A stretch of 64,000 bases of DNA from Octopus sinensis. Taxonomy: Eukaryota. Both the position numbers and the translations under genes were made by a program. Under the pieces are notes generated by a model that searched no databases, was not told the origin of the DNA, and saw only the letters and a program-made list of their open reading frames with translations. Location: assembly GCF_006345805.1 (NCBI RefSeq), contig NC_043006.1:64852001-64916000 (forward strand). The letters run 5' to 3'. Of the stretch, positions 36,301-51,859 are shown piece after piece (position 1 is the first letter of the stretch; each line of letters starts with the position of its first letter).

Positions 36301-39300
36301 CTAATTGATAGAACAGAAATAAAATATTGTGGGAATTCATGTATTTTATGGAATAAATTGCAACAATGCTTTTATATGATCTTCAATGTCACATCTGTTA
36401 AAGAACCGAAAGTTTTTGTATGGAGGAAAAAGTAGCCAACAACATTCCAACTGCTTATTCATTCGTTGATATTCCAATTAGATAAAACAATTTACACAAC
36501 AAACTTTCATATTAGAAAACCAGTGATAAGAAAATATCTGAAGGAGTACTTAAACTGCATTTGAAAAAGTATACACTGGTTTACCAATAATAAAAAAAGT
36601 ACAGTAAATAAAATTTGACCCGAGTAATGAACAAAAATGTCAATACAACCTCTTCACTTCAAAGATAGAAACTAATAAATAGCTTTGTTATATTTTTAAT
36701 ATAAATATGGAAATTGGAAACTAATTATGAAGCTTATAACTTAATTTTTTTTTTTAGTTTTCTGTATTAATTCTATTATAATTTGTTACACAGTATTTTC
36801 ACTCTAGTAAACTAATAAAAAAAGTTTTACTTAAGTTTATCTCTGGTACATTTCCTTTATAAAGAGGTAACACTGCTCTTTGCAAATAACAGATCCTTTT
36901 CTTATACAAATAGCAATAATTCAAAATTCTGCAACATTAAGCAGTTCTGAAGCCAGAAATTGCTGGCACAATTATATTTACATGGTAAACCAACAGAACT
37001 TACAAAAGTAAACAATGCGATATTAGGCACAGAGAAGAAAGAAACAAAAATGAAATAATGACACTAAAACTGAGAGATTAGAAAAATGTCAGATTGGGGA
37101 AAATGAATGCTCGATTAATAAACATAACCAAAGAAGGAACTGCAGAATAGAATAAAACTAAATCAATAGATGCTGCATCAGCTTATTCTAACGCAACAGA
37201 TAACATTCAATACGGAGAGTATGTAAATTAAAATGTTTTTTTACTAGAAGAAAAAAATCATCACCCAAGCAGGAAATAACAGCTGTTTAGGAGAGAGAAA
37301 GAAAAAAAGATGACTAATTTAGAAGTCTGTGAGAATCATACTAATAAGGGCAACAACCAACCATTAATGGGAAGCTCCAACATTCCAGTGAGGTTTACCC
37401 ACCAGCAGAAGTATAAACACTCACTATAAAGAGCCAAACCAGTCTAGGACAGAGAGAGAGAGAAAAGAAAAGAAAAAGAGAATAATTTGGAAGAAGGCAA
37501 GTCAGGTGAGGTAGTGTTAAGAAATGAAGAATATTAATTGCAAATACCTACTTACCACTTATCTGAATGATCCCTAAGTTTTAAACGAAACAATAGCATC
37601 CCACTTTTTAAAAGAATCCCATATAGGAAAATACTTTAAGCAGTCCTGAAGTGACTGGCTGCCACACCAAAATACTGAAATAGAATCCTTATCTGTGGAG
37701 GAAGATTAGAATAGTGAGGCATTTGTAAGAACAGTGTGAGTTGTGCTAGCTGCCTGATTCACACCTACAACTAAAAGCTGTTAAATGCCTTGAATCATTC
37801 CAGTTAAAGCTAGTTTTATAGCTAAAAACAGATTGAAAGGATAAAAAGAAACAAGTCTGCCAGCTAAAACATATACACCTCACCTATATAGCAACACAAA
37901 ATATTTTTGTTTTTCAAAAAACAAAATAATTCCACCTACACTCAATAAAAGAGTGATAGCGTATTTTTATTGGACACAGATTTGTTAGAATTTATATTAT
38001 TTGACTAATGAAATTACATATTTAAGTAAATGACAACAAAGAGAAAAAAAATGTTAGAAAAGCTAATGCAATATAATGATATACATTTGCCTCCAATAAA
38101 CATATTTCCTTGTTTACAACAGGTGTAAACAAGGATATTAAAAATCAAATATGTGAAATTACTCTGAAAAAACTAGGATGAAATGAAGCATGTAAAACCC
38201 ATGGCTACAGCTAAGCAGAGATTTTGATATCGCACAAAACCATGTTCACATGGTCCAAGCTAAAGAGTAGTGCAACCAGAGGCCAAATATTGTCAATGAC
38301 TTGATATGTATAAGTGTCAACCAGCTAATTATTGGTATTATTAAGATTGTTCAGCTCAGACTGAACTCATTTTACCTGGACAGTGAAGGTCACTCTCAGA
38401 AGCTGTTCAGACAAACTTCAAAGAATTACCAATGAGAAGAAAGGAGAGGGAGACCAAAATGGTTTCCGATTTAGACACATTTGACTATTCGACTGGTATT
38501 TATTTTTTAGACTCCAAAGGGATAAAGGGAAAGCTGACCTCAGTGGGATTTTCATTCAGAACAAAGAGCCATAAGAAATACATGGTATTTTGACTGATGA
38601 TCTAATTTTGGTAAATAATAATTTCAAACTGTATTTTTAATCAATTTTAATTTAAGCTAATTTGTAAATTATGTACACTGTGTCAATTGGAAACACTATC
38701 AATGATTCTGTAAACAATATCAGATTTCTTAAACCAGAATGGTACCAGAGATTAAGAGGAAAGATATAATATCTCTCTAAAAGTATAATTGAAGAGATTT
38801 AGAATGAAAAGAGAAACAAATGCATGGTTTACCAATAACTTACTGTAGCAACACAGGACTTAATATATCATTAGAGGGCCACTCATATAGTATTTATTCT
38901 GAGTACCAATAGAGAAGATAAATTAGATAGCACCACTATAACATAAATACTATGCAACTGTCATCAAATTAACTTTGCAACATACATAACTGACTCCAGA
39001 AGACATCCTTCATGCTTCAGATAAGCAACATATGACTTCATAAAGGCAAGGTCCAAGTTTAGACTTGAAACTTTTTTTTCTTCAGATAAAGTTTTAAGTG
39101 TGTAATGGCTGTTAATCTTGTAATTTCATGTCTCCAACTGTCAGGAGATAAATTGGACCGTTGCTTATAAAATGTAAACTATGTCAGTTAGCAGCAGAAA
39201 TGCCAAGCAGTTCAAAGCGGTTTAACAATAAGGAAAACCACTATAAATTTCACCTAGCTTTAGCATTTGTAATAAATATTGATGCTGCTTTTATATCAGT

Positions 39301-41857
39301 CACCACCAAGAAAACATTTTTGGAACATCTGATCAATAACTGAAGGGCAACTAATGGATGTTATGCAGTTATTTTGTTATACAGAAGTGTAGAGGTATCT
39401 AATGAGTAAATCATGAACTAAGGTAATAATTCAATAGCCATGGAACAATTCTCAATAGTAATCATTCATTAATAAAAAGGACATCCAGCAGCCAATAACT
39501 ATTAAACCAACAAAGAAGCCTTTGTGTAGTTCAAATGCCATCTATAGCAACCAAATCCCTACATCACATCCTATTATGTGTGTGTGTATAAAATACAGTC
39601 CAAGATACAGTTTTGACAGTGTCGTTAGGGGATCTAACCCCATTATCTCTTAATTTTGGGAACCAGCCCTAGATAGATACAAAGGCTCCTAACTAGATTG
39701 CCTTCAACCATAGAGCTGATCTGGGACTAAACAAGGATAACTTACATTTACAAACTGTAAGTTGAGGTAATTCTGATTTGAACAAGGCAAGCAGTTATGA
39801 TGATAACAATGACGTTAGTAGTTAAACATCCAAGCACCTTAATATCAGAAATAAAGCTCATGTGGTGATCTACATAAACCAATATTACCATATGCATATA
39901 TTGTTAACATGATTCTGAAATAGTGCCCACAAATTTTGTAGCAGTCATTGTATTTTTCAAGCCATTCTAAAACGAATGAGTAAAGAAATTCAACAAACTA
40001 CAGTTCTGGGAGTCAACCATTGTATTCTGTTTGGAGATTGTTCACAAATGTGTAAAATAATAATTAAAAGATATTAGTATAAGTTATGGTGAAATGAGAC
40101 AAGGCTGGTGAGAAGTGTACTGGGCCTGAAGAAGAGCTGTACTCCTTATCAGTTCAGAGAAAGAAAGAAAAAAACAAACACAATGGCTATTAGCAGCCAA
40201 AGGACAGAAAGGAAAAAGTGTATGTGAAACAGTGTATGGAAAATGCTGGAGAGTGAATCTGTCAATTAGCCAGTGTGTTCTCTGAGACAAAAGTATATTG
40301 TTCACTCAAGTCTGCCTTAATTAAGTTAATAATGGTATCCAACTGTACAACTTAGTGGAAGGGGAGGGGTGACTGAAACATGGGTAAGATAAGTGAAAAA
40401 AAACAACAACTAGGAATTGAAACCAGGTTCCAAACTCCCCACTAATTTTATTTTGACTGTAACACAGCATTATTTACAAATTTAAAATGAGGAGTGAAGC
40501 AATTCAAAAAGAGATTAGTATAATTGTAGAACTAGAATATCAATCAGAATGTAAAATTAACCAAGAGATATTTACTACAAATATACCAGAAATCTGTGTA
40601 GGAAAAAACAATTATCAGAGATTAAACATGCACCTTGATAAAAAGTTTTGCGTGAAGAGGAATAAAAATAAAATATATTAAAAAGATAAATGGAAAAGCA
40701 TAAAGAATATGTAAAACAGAGGTTACAAAGATCAAGAATAACAGCTGATAGATGATATTCCAATATGCAAACAAAATTCACCAAACTATGACTGGCTTTT
40801 AGTATGGTTACTATCAAATCAACAATTCATGGTCACAAAATGAAGAAAGTAAATAACATTGCCTTTTTTTTTTATATTTGCGTCAGTGCAAGTGTTTGCT
40901 TAATTTTTCTTTTTTTCATATAAACAAGAGAATTTGTATGTTTGTAATACTGGTAGTTGGTTTAAAATAGTTTTGAAAGTAGAGAAAAAATGCCAAGCTG
41001 ACGTCTAAGTTCCAGGACACTGCTATGTATATAACTTAGGCAGTTTCCTTGAGATACAGTTATTTTAGGATTTTAATTGAATATTATGGTGAATAACATA
41101 GTAAAAAGAGGTTGATGGTTAGTCATCATTAAATATAGAGTCCAACATATGAAAGAAAATGAAAATATTCACCTTGCCAGCTGGCTAAGATGATATACTA
41201 CCATTGGGATTGGTGAATACTGAAAGAAGTAGATGTGCAGAAACTGACTGGGGTGTACTTAACAAAATACTACTACCACTGGGGAATTTTTTTTATACAG
41301 TTCTTTAAACTTCTTGGCTGTTATTGAGAAAACAATATGAATCTACATATTATTCCACTTATAACATTAACTCCAGTTTTTTTTTTAATGAGAAAGTTTT
41401 AACAGTCTAATACCACAATGTAACATTTTCAGACCATAATAATAATGATTTAAAAAGAGAGAGAGAGAGAGAGAGATTAGGTTTCTGTTGCTAAATTTGA
41501 AGACATAACTAACAATGGTACAGCATCATAGTGGCAGTTATTGAAATCATCACATAGCAGCTGACCTTCCAATAAACAAGGAAAACAGCTTTTTTGATTT
41601 TACAATTGCTAAGTGGCAGATAGCTGCAAGTTGAACTCAGAAAGCACAGAGCTGGAACAGATACTGCAAAGCACTGTCCAAAGAACTAACAATTCTGCCA
41701 ATCCAAAAGTAAGATACTTTATAAACCCTGAAAGGATGAAAGGCAAAGTTGACCTTGAGAGGAAGTTAAAATCAGGGTTCAGCAAGCTGAAACAAATATT
41801 GAAACATTTCAATGTTCTAACATCTCTGCCAATCTGCTGCCTAAAATCACACATACA

Positions 41858-42190
41858 GGAGTGGCTGTGTAGTAAGAAGCTTGCTTCCCAACCACATGAT
41901 TCTGGGTTCAGTCCCACTGCATAGCACCTTGGGCAAGTGTCTACTATAGTCTTGGGCCAAACCAAAGTCTTGAGTGGATTTGATAGATGGAAACTGAAAG
42001 GAGCCTTATGTATGTATGTGTGTGTGTGTTTACACCTCACCACCTGACAACTGATGTTGGTGTGTTTACGTCCTAATAACTTAGTGGTTCAGCAAAAGAG
42101 ACTAATAGAATAAATACCAGGCTCAAAGAATAAGTCATGCAGTGCTCCAGCACGGCCACAGTAAAATGACTGAAATAAGTAAAAGAATAA
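41858..42190 (+). mobile_element. tRNA-derived SINE, same family as 1708-2050
   Basis: A/B boxes, CORE-like segment, internal (TG)n, tail ending atgactgaaataagtaaaagaataaaa. Confidence 0.8.
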
Positions 42191-43066
42191 AATAAGAAAT
42201 TTGTTGATTTGAAACTAAACCAGCAATACGAAATGTGTACCCTTTGAAAAAGTATGACTGCAGAAAGACACCATAGAAGTATTGGACAGGCACAAAGAAC
42301 AGCACAATCTTCAAATAAAAACCACCTTTTAAATGCAAATATACAAAACAAAAAACAGAGATGTTTTGTATAAAATAGCAAATGTGATAGGTGACACTGC
42401 TTAATTATGATATACTTGAAACTAATAAAACCAAAACGTTTTTAAATGATTAGAATTAAAACAGATGGTGGCATAGCCGTAGAGCTGAAAAATACTTTGA
42501 AATCACATTGTTCCAGGTTCAAGTACACAGTATTTTGAACATTTGCGTCTTCTATTACGGCATCGGAATTCGATAGCTAGAAATTGTGCAGAAGCCTATC
42601 ATCGTGCAACTTTAAATGGCAAAGAAACAACAAAAAGATATTTATTATGAAGTACATGAATTATCTGAGTTATTTCATAGTGTTATGTACAGAAAAAAGG
42701 AATTAGCTAATTAACTGTTCAAAATACACTAAAAAAAAAAAAAACTATAGTAAACAAAAAATCAAGTGATCTTAGAACTTTACCAATGCAAGTAAAACTA
42801 GAGTATTTTGTGACAGTTGAACAACAAACTAGATACAAAATTAACTAGGATTGGAAATTGTTTCCAAATATTGAACCCCTTATACATGAAATTGCATGAA
42901 TAGCAACAACTAATGTATATGCCTACCTTCTGAAGACAGTTTCATGTTAAAAGAAGTCCCCTTTAAACAACCCAACTCCAGGTTGCACTGTGTACTTGCC
43001 AATGGGCAGCTTAATTTTTCCCAAACATCCATTTTAAATATCATATGTAGACACGTTAAAAACAGC

Positions 43067-43370
43067 CATCATCATCATCATCATTGTTTAGCGTCCGCTT
43101 TCCATGCTAGCATGGGTTGGACGGTTCAACTAGGGTCTGGGAAGCCAGAAGGCTGCACCAGGCCCAGTCTGATCTGGCAATGTTTCTACGGCTGGATGCC
43201 CTTCTTAATGCCAACCACTCCATGAGTGTAGTGGGTGCTTTTTACGTGCCAGACGAGGCTGGCAAACGGCCACGATCGGATGGTGCTTTTTACATGACAC
43301 CGGCACAGGGGGCCAGGCAAGGCTGGCAACGGCCGTGAACGGATGGTGCTTTTTACGTGCCACTGGCACA
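43067..43370 (-). mobile_element. (ATG)n-tailed retroposon; other copies at about 60-232 (+), 820-968 (+), 24540-24710 (+), 30960-31118 (+), 46240-46495 (+), 51216-51343 (+), 51630-51750 (-), 61330-61585 (-), 62654-62930 (-)
   Basis: Shared block ggcatccagctgtagaaac...ccagcatggaaagcggacgttaaatgatgatg or its reverse complement. Confidence 0.9.
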
Positions 43371-44549
43371 TTGTTCTTAAATCACAACCAGCTGATCCAG
43401 TGAATGTGATGCAAGAATACAGGAACCAAATCACTGGATGTCAATGCTGTAGCAAGTATTGTTAAAAATAGCAACTAGTTCTATTTTAAATTCCATCCAT
43501 GTGTCGCAATACAGTACTTGGAGATTGGGTAGCTCCACCAGTAGCATTTAAAACTGAATCAGTAGTTTAACTCTTGAATACCAACCTACCTGAAGTTGCC
43601 CCGATTCTGATAAAAATGTCTTATTTTAAAATGATGTAATTTAAAACCTATCAAATTTTCACCTTAATTTATGTTCCAAACACCAGCTTAATAATGTCAA
43701 AGCTATTTTACTAAACTTTTCATTTTCAAAATTAATTAAAACAAAGGTATATTTCAACATAAATAAGTTAAAAGGTTACCATATTAATATTAAACAGGGA
43801 TAGAACACACAGGGTCAAAAAAAGATTTAAAGAAAAAACAAAATCACAATTCTATTTGAAAACACTGAACTAATTTTTACTCTCTTCAGAAAAAAAATGT
43901 TGAAAGCAAGTGCTAATTCTGAAACCCAGACGAGTTTTTAAAATTTTTTATCTATCTTTTTTATATAGAAAATCAGATGAAAAACTGTGTGACAAAATAT
44001 TACCCCACCACTAGCCGCCCTCTAAAAAAATGCCTTATGCCTAATTTCCAAGTTTAAAAATCCATGTGCATATTATATATGAATATGGTGTGTATGTGTG
44101 TGTACATGCATGTGACTACTTATATAGCTTCTGGCAGGGATGTAAACATCAGAAGATGAGAACATTTAGTGAGGTCCCTTGCAATTTTGTTCAGCACAAA
44201 GTCAAACACTACTCACACAGCTAGAAATGCAGTGTATCAGTAATTGATCCTTTGGAAACTTGGATCTAATGATACTTATTGTTCAATTTTGATAGAAAAT
44301 AAAACTAAATCTATAAACCAGAGAGAGAGAGTATAGAAGTAGTACCAGTTTGTTATAAAACCAGAAGTGCATTCAGCAGTTCAAAGATTAAGTAAAACAA
44401 CAGTAAACCAAGTAAGACCAGGTGGAATAACTACAGGGATAATTAGCATAATTAACTTGGGTTTCATTAAAATGAAATGAAGAAAAAAAGGAAAAAAAAG
44501 CATTAGCAGCTTCTAGAGACTTGTTTGGCTCCAGTAGGTCTATCACGAA

Positions 44550-45950
44550 AAGTCTTCCAACCAGGATCAACTCATACAGATAGGTTGGAACAGTTCCTGT
44601 AGATATACAGGACCACCATCATGTACATATACACAAAGTGTACCTAAAACTAATCCACTAACATTTACTGTCAAATTCTCAGTAAAACTTGACTCCATTC
44701 CTGGAATCCACTCACCATTACCTTTATAAACTCAAAATGCTGACAAGCATACTACTTTTTAAATTGCCACCTATATAATGTACAAAAGCAACACTTCTAC
44801 AATGCATTACTTCCTGATCAGAATATAATGATCCACCCTATCACCCACTCATTAGCTATCTATAAAACTTTCTCCATGAAACCTAGTTTTACACAATTAT
44901 GACATTCTATAGTCTGATGCATTATGTCATAGTGTTTGCAGAATGACAAGGACTTCAGTTTCATATAAAATCCCTTGAAACCTGTTTTCACAACATACAC
45001 ATGAAGACTTGGTAAAAAGATGCAAAGCATAATTGGAGCAATCATGCATACCACATTTGACCAACAAATTAAAAATTGTACACTGCATTAGACAGATCGC
45101 AAACTATGCCAGTTCCACTTGTATCCCTCCATCCTGTACACAAAGCACAAAAGTACAAATATCACACTGCACATCACTGACCATCTACACAACAAAATAA
45201 CAAAAGACCACCTGGAAATACAAGGAGTATATTTTATTGCTGTAGGAAGCTTCAATGTCAATAATGTGTCGCTGTATAAAAATCCTCCCCCAAAACATTA
45301 AAACATATACACAAGACTCCTAGATCATGACAACATCTTGAAACAACAGTTATGTTCTGACTGGACACTGACTGAACATGCAGAAATATGACAGTTGACA
45401 ATACAACATTCCCAGACTGATATACAATTTATAATTGTATGTCAGATAAGGCAGTTTGGTCCTCAACTGGGAAGAGACATGGAAGATGGTTCTATGGATA
45501 GGCCCCTGCTGTGTAGATAACAAATCACATACCATAGGATTAGTTGATCAAGGCTAACCATGTGCAAAAATATCTCCAGTTGTACCAAACAACAGATCTA
45601 AGCCTTATCACTGACCTTGTCTCAAGATATTTAGTGAAAACTCTTAAATCCACATTACACTCAAAATGAGCAAAGCTTTCAACTGTGTCTAGAACCAAAT
45701 CTCTTCAATTGGACTCATCTCTTCAATTGGAGGCTTCTTGTCAGTTCACTAATTGCTGGTGATGCATTCTGATTCACACCATCAACTCTAGTGTGTTCCC
45801 GGGTTTTAGTTTTGCCTATCGCATCTTTTGTTCTATTCATCAATGACTTACTCCAGCTCCTACTCCTCCAATAGAGAAAACTTTTGATTCCTTACAAATT
45901 TTGTTCCGAGCACCATCTACACACAACCTAGACTTTATGTCCAACAAGCA
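44550..45950 (+). mobile_element. Highly decayed CR1/L2-type LINE remnant
   Basis: Traces of endonuclease (AVGSFN) and RT (S.V..G.VL...F.LFIND) motifs; boundaries approximate. Confidence 0.4.
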
Positions 45951-48419
45951 CCAACTTTGAAACTGTTTTAATCCCCACTAATCTGTTCTGAGCATAAAAA
46001 ACAATAGTTTCGATTTTGTTTCTATAATTTTTAAGAGAAGCATTGCTTCCTTGCTTCCATAGACTGCATGCCTATGGTGTGTGTGTATATTTGTGTATAT
46101 GAAAATAATGATTACCAGTTAAGTCATTCAGAAGGATATGTAAAAAAAATATTACTAGACCTCACAGAGGTAATGACCAAGACTTTTGGTATTATGTCAT
46201 GCTTGAGAAGACCCATCAAGCCAAGCAAAATTGCAAGCGTGGCAAATACCGGTGCCATGCAAATTGACACCAGTGCCAGTGGAACGTAAATGCAACCCAA
46301 TGTCACGCAAATGACATCCATGTCGGTGGCACATAAAAGCACCTATTACACTCTTGGAGTGGTTGGCATTAGAAAGGGCATCCAGCTGTAGAAAACCATA
46401 CCAAATCAGACTGGAGTCAGGTGCAGCCTTCCAACATGCCAGCCCAGTCAAACTGTCCAACCCATGTCAGTGTGAACAGACATTAAATGATGATGAATGA
46501 GAATTCCACAATACCAAAATAATTCCATACTATTTTTTCTTAAGTTTTGTTAGGGATGAGATTATCTTCAAACCAGAGACTAGACCCAAATGCTTGCAAG
46601 AGAGTAAACTCAACAAGACACCCAAAGAAAGGTTCATGGTGTTTATCTAACAAATTAAACGTACCAATTAAAAACAGAGTTGAGAACGATAAATAAAAAG
46701 GCATTCTGGTTACAACGACAAGGACGAGGACCCCAGCAGCTCCAAAATTATTGTGCAAGTGGCTGAGCAACCCACAGAAATGCATACCCTTTGAATTATA
46801 GGAACAATTCATTTTTGCCAAGAATCAAACATATGACCATATGAATATAAGCTGAAAACCCTAACCACTAAACCACATGTGTTTAGAATTGGAACAAAGT
46901 TGTCAAGGATCAGTTGCTGTAACAGTTGCCAATCCATGTATCAGTCCTCATATTTGTGCATTCAGAAAAAAAAAAAAAAATTTACAAACACCATCTATAA
47001 AAACAGGCTTTCGGAAGAATTATGCCCACACAACTAGGTTCATAAAGCAAGAATAACATGTCAAGGCAGAAAAGTGAACAATTAAGAGCATTTTATAAAC
47101 ATATGAAGAAAATTGTCAACGGTGGCTTTTTACACAATCAGAAAAATGAAAGTAAACAGGGTTGATCTAATTAGGTTTAAAGTAATAGGATCTCACCTCA
47201 CCCAAGAATTGGAGGTAAAAACCTGACTAAAATGTTAGTAGAGTACAGAAACAAAGCACGAAGAAATCTAGTACAACATAAAAATGAGGTTTTAATTTAC
47301 TAAATATGAATCAATGACTAAGTCATTGATTTATATTTAGTACAGATGAAAAGAATTGCAACACCCTTTTACTCTAAGATTAAAGCCCAGCAAAGAAAAA
47401 AAAAAGTGAATTTTTAGTTCTAATCTATAAGCTTAAATATAATGTAAGCAGGCATGACTTTGCCATCATATGATTTGGGGGTTAAACCCACTGTACAGCA
47501 AATATCTTACTACAGTGATGCCAACAAAAACCTTGTGCATGGATTTTATAGAGGAACACCGAAAGAAGCCCAAAATGTGTGCCTACAAGAGTGTCACCTT
47601 CTCATGATGTGCTAAAAGCAAACAAATGGCACCTTTATGCCAGTGGTGTCATCTGTTTGCATGCACGAACTAGAGGAAATATCTTACTTGGAAACAAGTG
47701 AGGGTTGGCAACAAGAAGAACATTCAATGACAAAAAATCTACATTGAATTTCACCTGAACCAGGCAACTTTGGAAAAGTGAGTATTAAAATGATATAAAC
47801 TCTGAAGGTGTAACCACAGTCCACAAAATGAAAAACATGAAAAGGATGCTTTAAAAAGCTATTTTACTAAATAAAAGGTAAAACAAATTTTATTTTAAAG
47901 AAAAGGAGTATAGCAATTAGTGCCTCAAAAATACCAACTGTCCTACAAATAGCCATTAAGGAACTTCAGGTCATATGTCTACAAAAATTTAAGAAACTAA
48001 CTTTGAAAACTATATTAACATTGTTGTCTTAAAATAGGTAACCAATAAAACATTCTCAGACTGAGTTATCAGTATAATGAGAGGTTGTAGATTTAATTGT
48101 GCAAGAAAATGTAAAACTGTTGAACTCAAATTAGCATTTTAAAAACATCTACCCTTAAAATAGTAAAAACAATATTCAGTATTTTTTTTTTATATCTAGC
48201 AAATAACTTCAACCAGCAGCAAACTTGCTTAATCTTTTGAAAAAGAGAAAAAATAAGCTTATCATAGCCATTACCTATTTGTTCTCCAAAGAGGTATTAC
48301 ACCCTTGCATAAACCAAATGGGAACAGATGCCTCCTTTCACTAATTCCATGTTGTCACACAACAATTCGTCATTGTGCGCCAATGTGTGCAGTATCATTC
48401 TCAGTAATATGGAAGGCTG

Positions 48420-48861
48420 GTATACTTGGAAAAAGATCTGTAGAGGTGCCTGGTCATTTGGCCGATATCTGCATGCCAAATGGCCTGCTTTATCCCCACT
48501 GATTTGGGATTACATAGTCATCTAACATGAACGACCATGGGTGCACCTAAGAGGTTCCCTTCTGGGGTACAAGTCTGAGCGGAAAGTCACCTCACCGGCA
48601 AACGTACAGCCTAGGGTTGTTTTTATGGAAGACCAGCAGTTGCCCATGCATACCAGCCTCCCCTCTACATGCCACCAATGTTATCCAAGGGAAAGGCAAA
48701 GGCCAATACAGCTTGGCATCAGTGATGTCGCAACTTATTTCTAAAGCCGAGTAAAACAGGGCATTGTGAAAAAGTGTCTTGCTCATGAACATGCAGCCCA
48801 GTCCAGGCATCAAACTCACAACCTCACAATCGTAAGCATGACACTAACCACTGAGCCATGC
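48420..48861 (-). mobile_element. tRNA-headed CORE-type SINE (second family)
   Basis: Minus-strand gcatggctcagtggttag head and gagcaagacacttt core; related copies at about 240-560, 1290-1460, 14800-14990, 33000-33130 and 46740-46880. Confidence 0.7.
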
Positions 48862-51859
48862 ATCTATTAATATTGAAAGTCAACTCCCATCACTTTTACA
48901 TCTATGTTCCATACTGGCATGGATTTTGTTCTTATTCAAAGTTATTGCCTTCCCAGATAGGTTGGAGGACAATGTTGCATGTTTCAATCTCTAATTGGAT
49001 GCCCTTCCTATCAACAACTACTTTACAGTGTACTGGGAACAATTCATTGTGGCACCAGCATTAGTAATGTTGCTTTAGTTTCCCCTTATATGAACAACTT
49101 CTCATTACTCTATGAAGTATTTGTTTGATAGAGAGGGAAAGCAAACTGAAGAGAACAATGACTATAGAATAAGTGGATGAAGTGAACTTGAATATAATGG
49201 GAAATTAGATTAAGTAATTAAGATGAGAGAACAGAGTGAGTGATGGATAACAATGGAAATGGACGGGGGTGGAAGTGAATGATGAGTGGCCTAAGAGAGA
49301 AAGGGTAATAGTAGATGATATCAAGTACAAGCAGCCCTTATAAATAGGGTGATGATGGTGGGGGATTGAAATATGGCTAGGTTCAATACTATCACTTGCT
49401 ACAAGAGAATGAAAAGAGAGGGTATCAAAAAGTGGGGGAGTCAGCAGATGTGAAATTAATGTGTGCACACACAATTATGTCCCCACTCTGCCATTTTTTA
49501 ATGCTTATTAATGGGCCTTCTCCTGCACTGGATTTTGCTGGTTGACATGGTTCTTTATCATTTCTGTGAAATCAGCATTCACTACTTTGTCCCACATCTT
49601 CCTCAAGTTCCTTTCTGTTCACAGCAGTCATCCTCAATTTACGTCACATATCCACGCCATAATACTCTTCTCCCTTGCAGATTACAATTAATTCCTCTGA
49701 CAATTTTTCTCTCAGCTCATATGTACCCTGTCTTTCATGCATAGTAGCATCATACATACAGCAAAGAATGCTTGCTTCATTTCTTTCCAATCTTCTGCAT
49801 CAAGTCTTGCAGCAACAATGCAATATTATACTGTACATAACCCTCATATCTATCTCCAGTGAGAGAGAAGCCCCATGTTGCAGAGACAGTTCTATTAACT
49901 CAGTCTTATTATACCTTCAAAACACCCATTCCTTCTAAGCATTTGAAAGAATCTATTTTCTGTAAGCTTCAGCTGATTGCCTCTTACCACCTGTCCCGTG
50001 AAGTGTTCCTTCTGTGCAACAATGGGTGCATATGGAATTTCTACCTTCTTGTCTGCATAGTGAGCATGACAATTTCCCTTAGAGTAGTAGGTTTTACTCT
50101 CTTCTTCCACCTCCTCAGTAATACTGTAGTGATTACTAAGTTTACTTTAATCTCTTGTTTCTTGGTTTTTATTTCTAATTCTACAATAGATTCTGCAATA
50201 AGGACTAGATCAACATTTAGATGCTCCCACATACATCTGGTCTTAAATTCCTGCTTTAGCTTACAAGATTATAATGAACACACTCCTAGATCAGAGCTAG
50301 ATATCCTACTAAAGGCCCCACTAGTCAACAAATGCCAGCTATATGAGTTTACTCTTGAACAAGTATTTCTGTGGTTGTCTCACTAAGAGTGCATCAGTAG
50401 TAGTACTTCCTGGCACAAAGCCAAACTGCATCTCATTTAGGTTAATTCTTTTCCTAATCAACTGCAGTTTGATACCTCTAGTTCCTCTTTCTAGAGCAGC
50501 CCTTTTGTCCTTGTAGCAGTTGATGCTGCTGCTACACCAGCCCTAAGGTATGATAATTTACCTATGTGAGTGATTAGCTTGTATTCTATTCTGCCAGAAA
50601 TTTGAAATGTCTGCTATTCTTGATGAACCAGATACATTTCCTATCTTCATATCATTAAACATAATTAACAATAACTGCTGTCAACTTAATTGACTGGCCC
50701 TCTTAGATTCACCTTCATATAACCCTCTTTCTTCTATGCATCCTCCCAATTCAGCAATTCCTTATTAACAGCTCTTCCATAACTCAGTCTTTTCAGTGCC
50801 AATAAGAGCAAGTGTGCTGTTGTCGTTAGGTATACACATCAACAATGTTTTGATTCTTTTGTATATTGTCTTGCAATCTGGAACAATTCATGCTTCTGAC
50901 CATCATGTTTTAGAACACTGGCAAAATTTTTACTTTCAGCACTTCTCCATGCTAGGTATACCTGATATCTAGCTTCTTGTTACTTGATCTTTGCTTTTTT
51001 CCATCCGCTCTTTCCACTCCCAGATCTCAGCCTTTATGGCTCTACTTTGGAGCTATTCCATCCTGGTCATACCTTTTTGATTTTTTGTTTTGTTGGGTCC
51101 TTGCACTAGTTACAGATCTAGTCTGTTACCCCTAATATGCTGTTCCACAGGAACATCCAATTGTCTACGTTATAATTTCCTATTCCTTGCCTTATGCATC
51201 AATTAGTATCTATGAAGGGCATCCAGCTGTAGAAACACTGCCAAATCAGACTAGGGCCTGGTGCAGCCTCCATGGCTTACCAGACCCTGGTCAAACCGTC
51301 CAACCCATGATAGCATGGAAAATGGACGTTAAATGATGATGATGAACCCACTGCTGGTTGACAGCTCTTTCAATTTCCATCTCCTCCTCCAGGACTTGTC
51401 TCTGGGTTCATCTAGCTCTTACCCTAAAGTTACTAATATCCTAGTAAGGGATGAAAATTGTGTGCGTGTGCACGCATATACATATATACACTCACAAGTG
51501 TTACCATCTATGCCTGTTTTATTTGCCATCAAATGGGCTGTAATGGGAACACAAAACCATTTTTTTTTAATTAGCCAAACACCTAATGTACAAGTTGGTT
51601 TACAGAAGCTACATGCTGAGTGAGTCATGATCATTTAACATCTGTTATCCATGCTGGAGAGCTACTCCAAGCTCCAGTTTGATTTGGCATGGTTTTTACA
51701 GCTGGATGCTTTTATGTGACTTTGGCATGAGTGCTTTTTATATGGCACTGACACATGACTCTTGCAAGCCAATCTTCTCCACCAGAGGTAACTGGCCTTA
51801 GCACTTCTGCTGTGGAGTACAGCAAGGTACCAGACATCTTGGTCCTTCGTCTTCTTGCT

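Noticed and set aside
49859-50386. 175-aa ORF
   Set aside because: No recognisable domain or splice context; lies among decayed minus-strand LINE-like sequence
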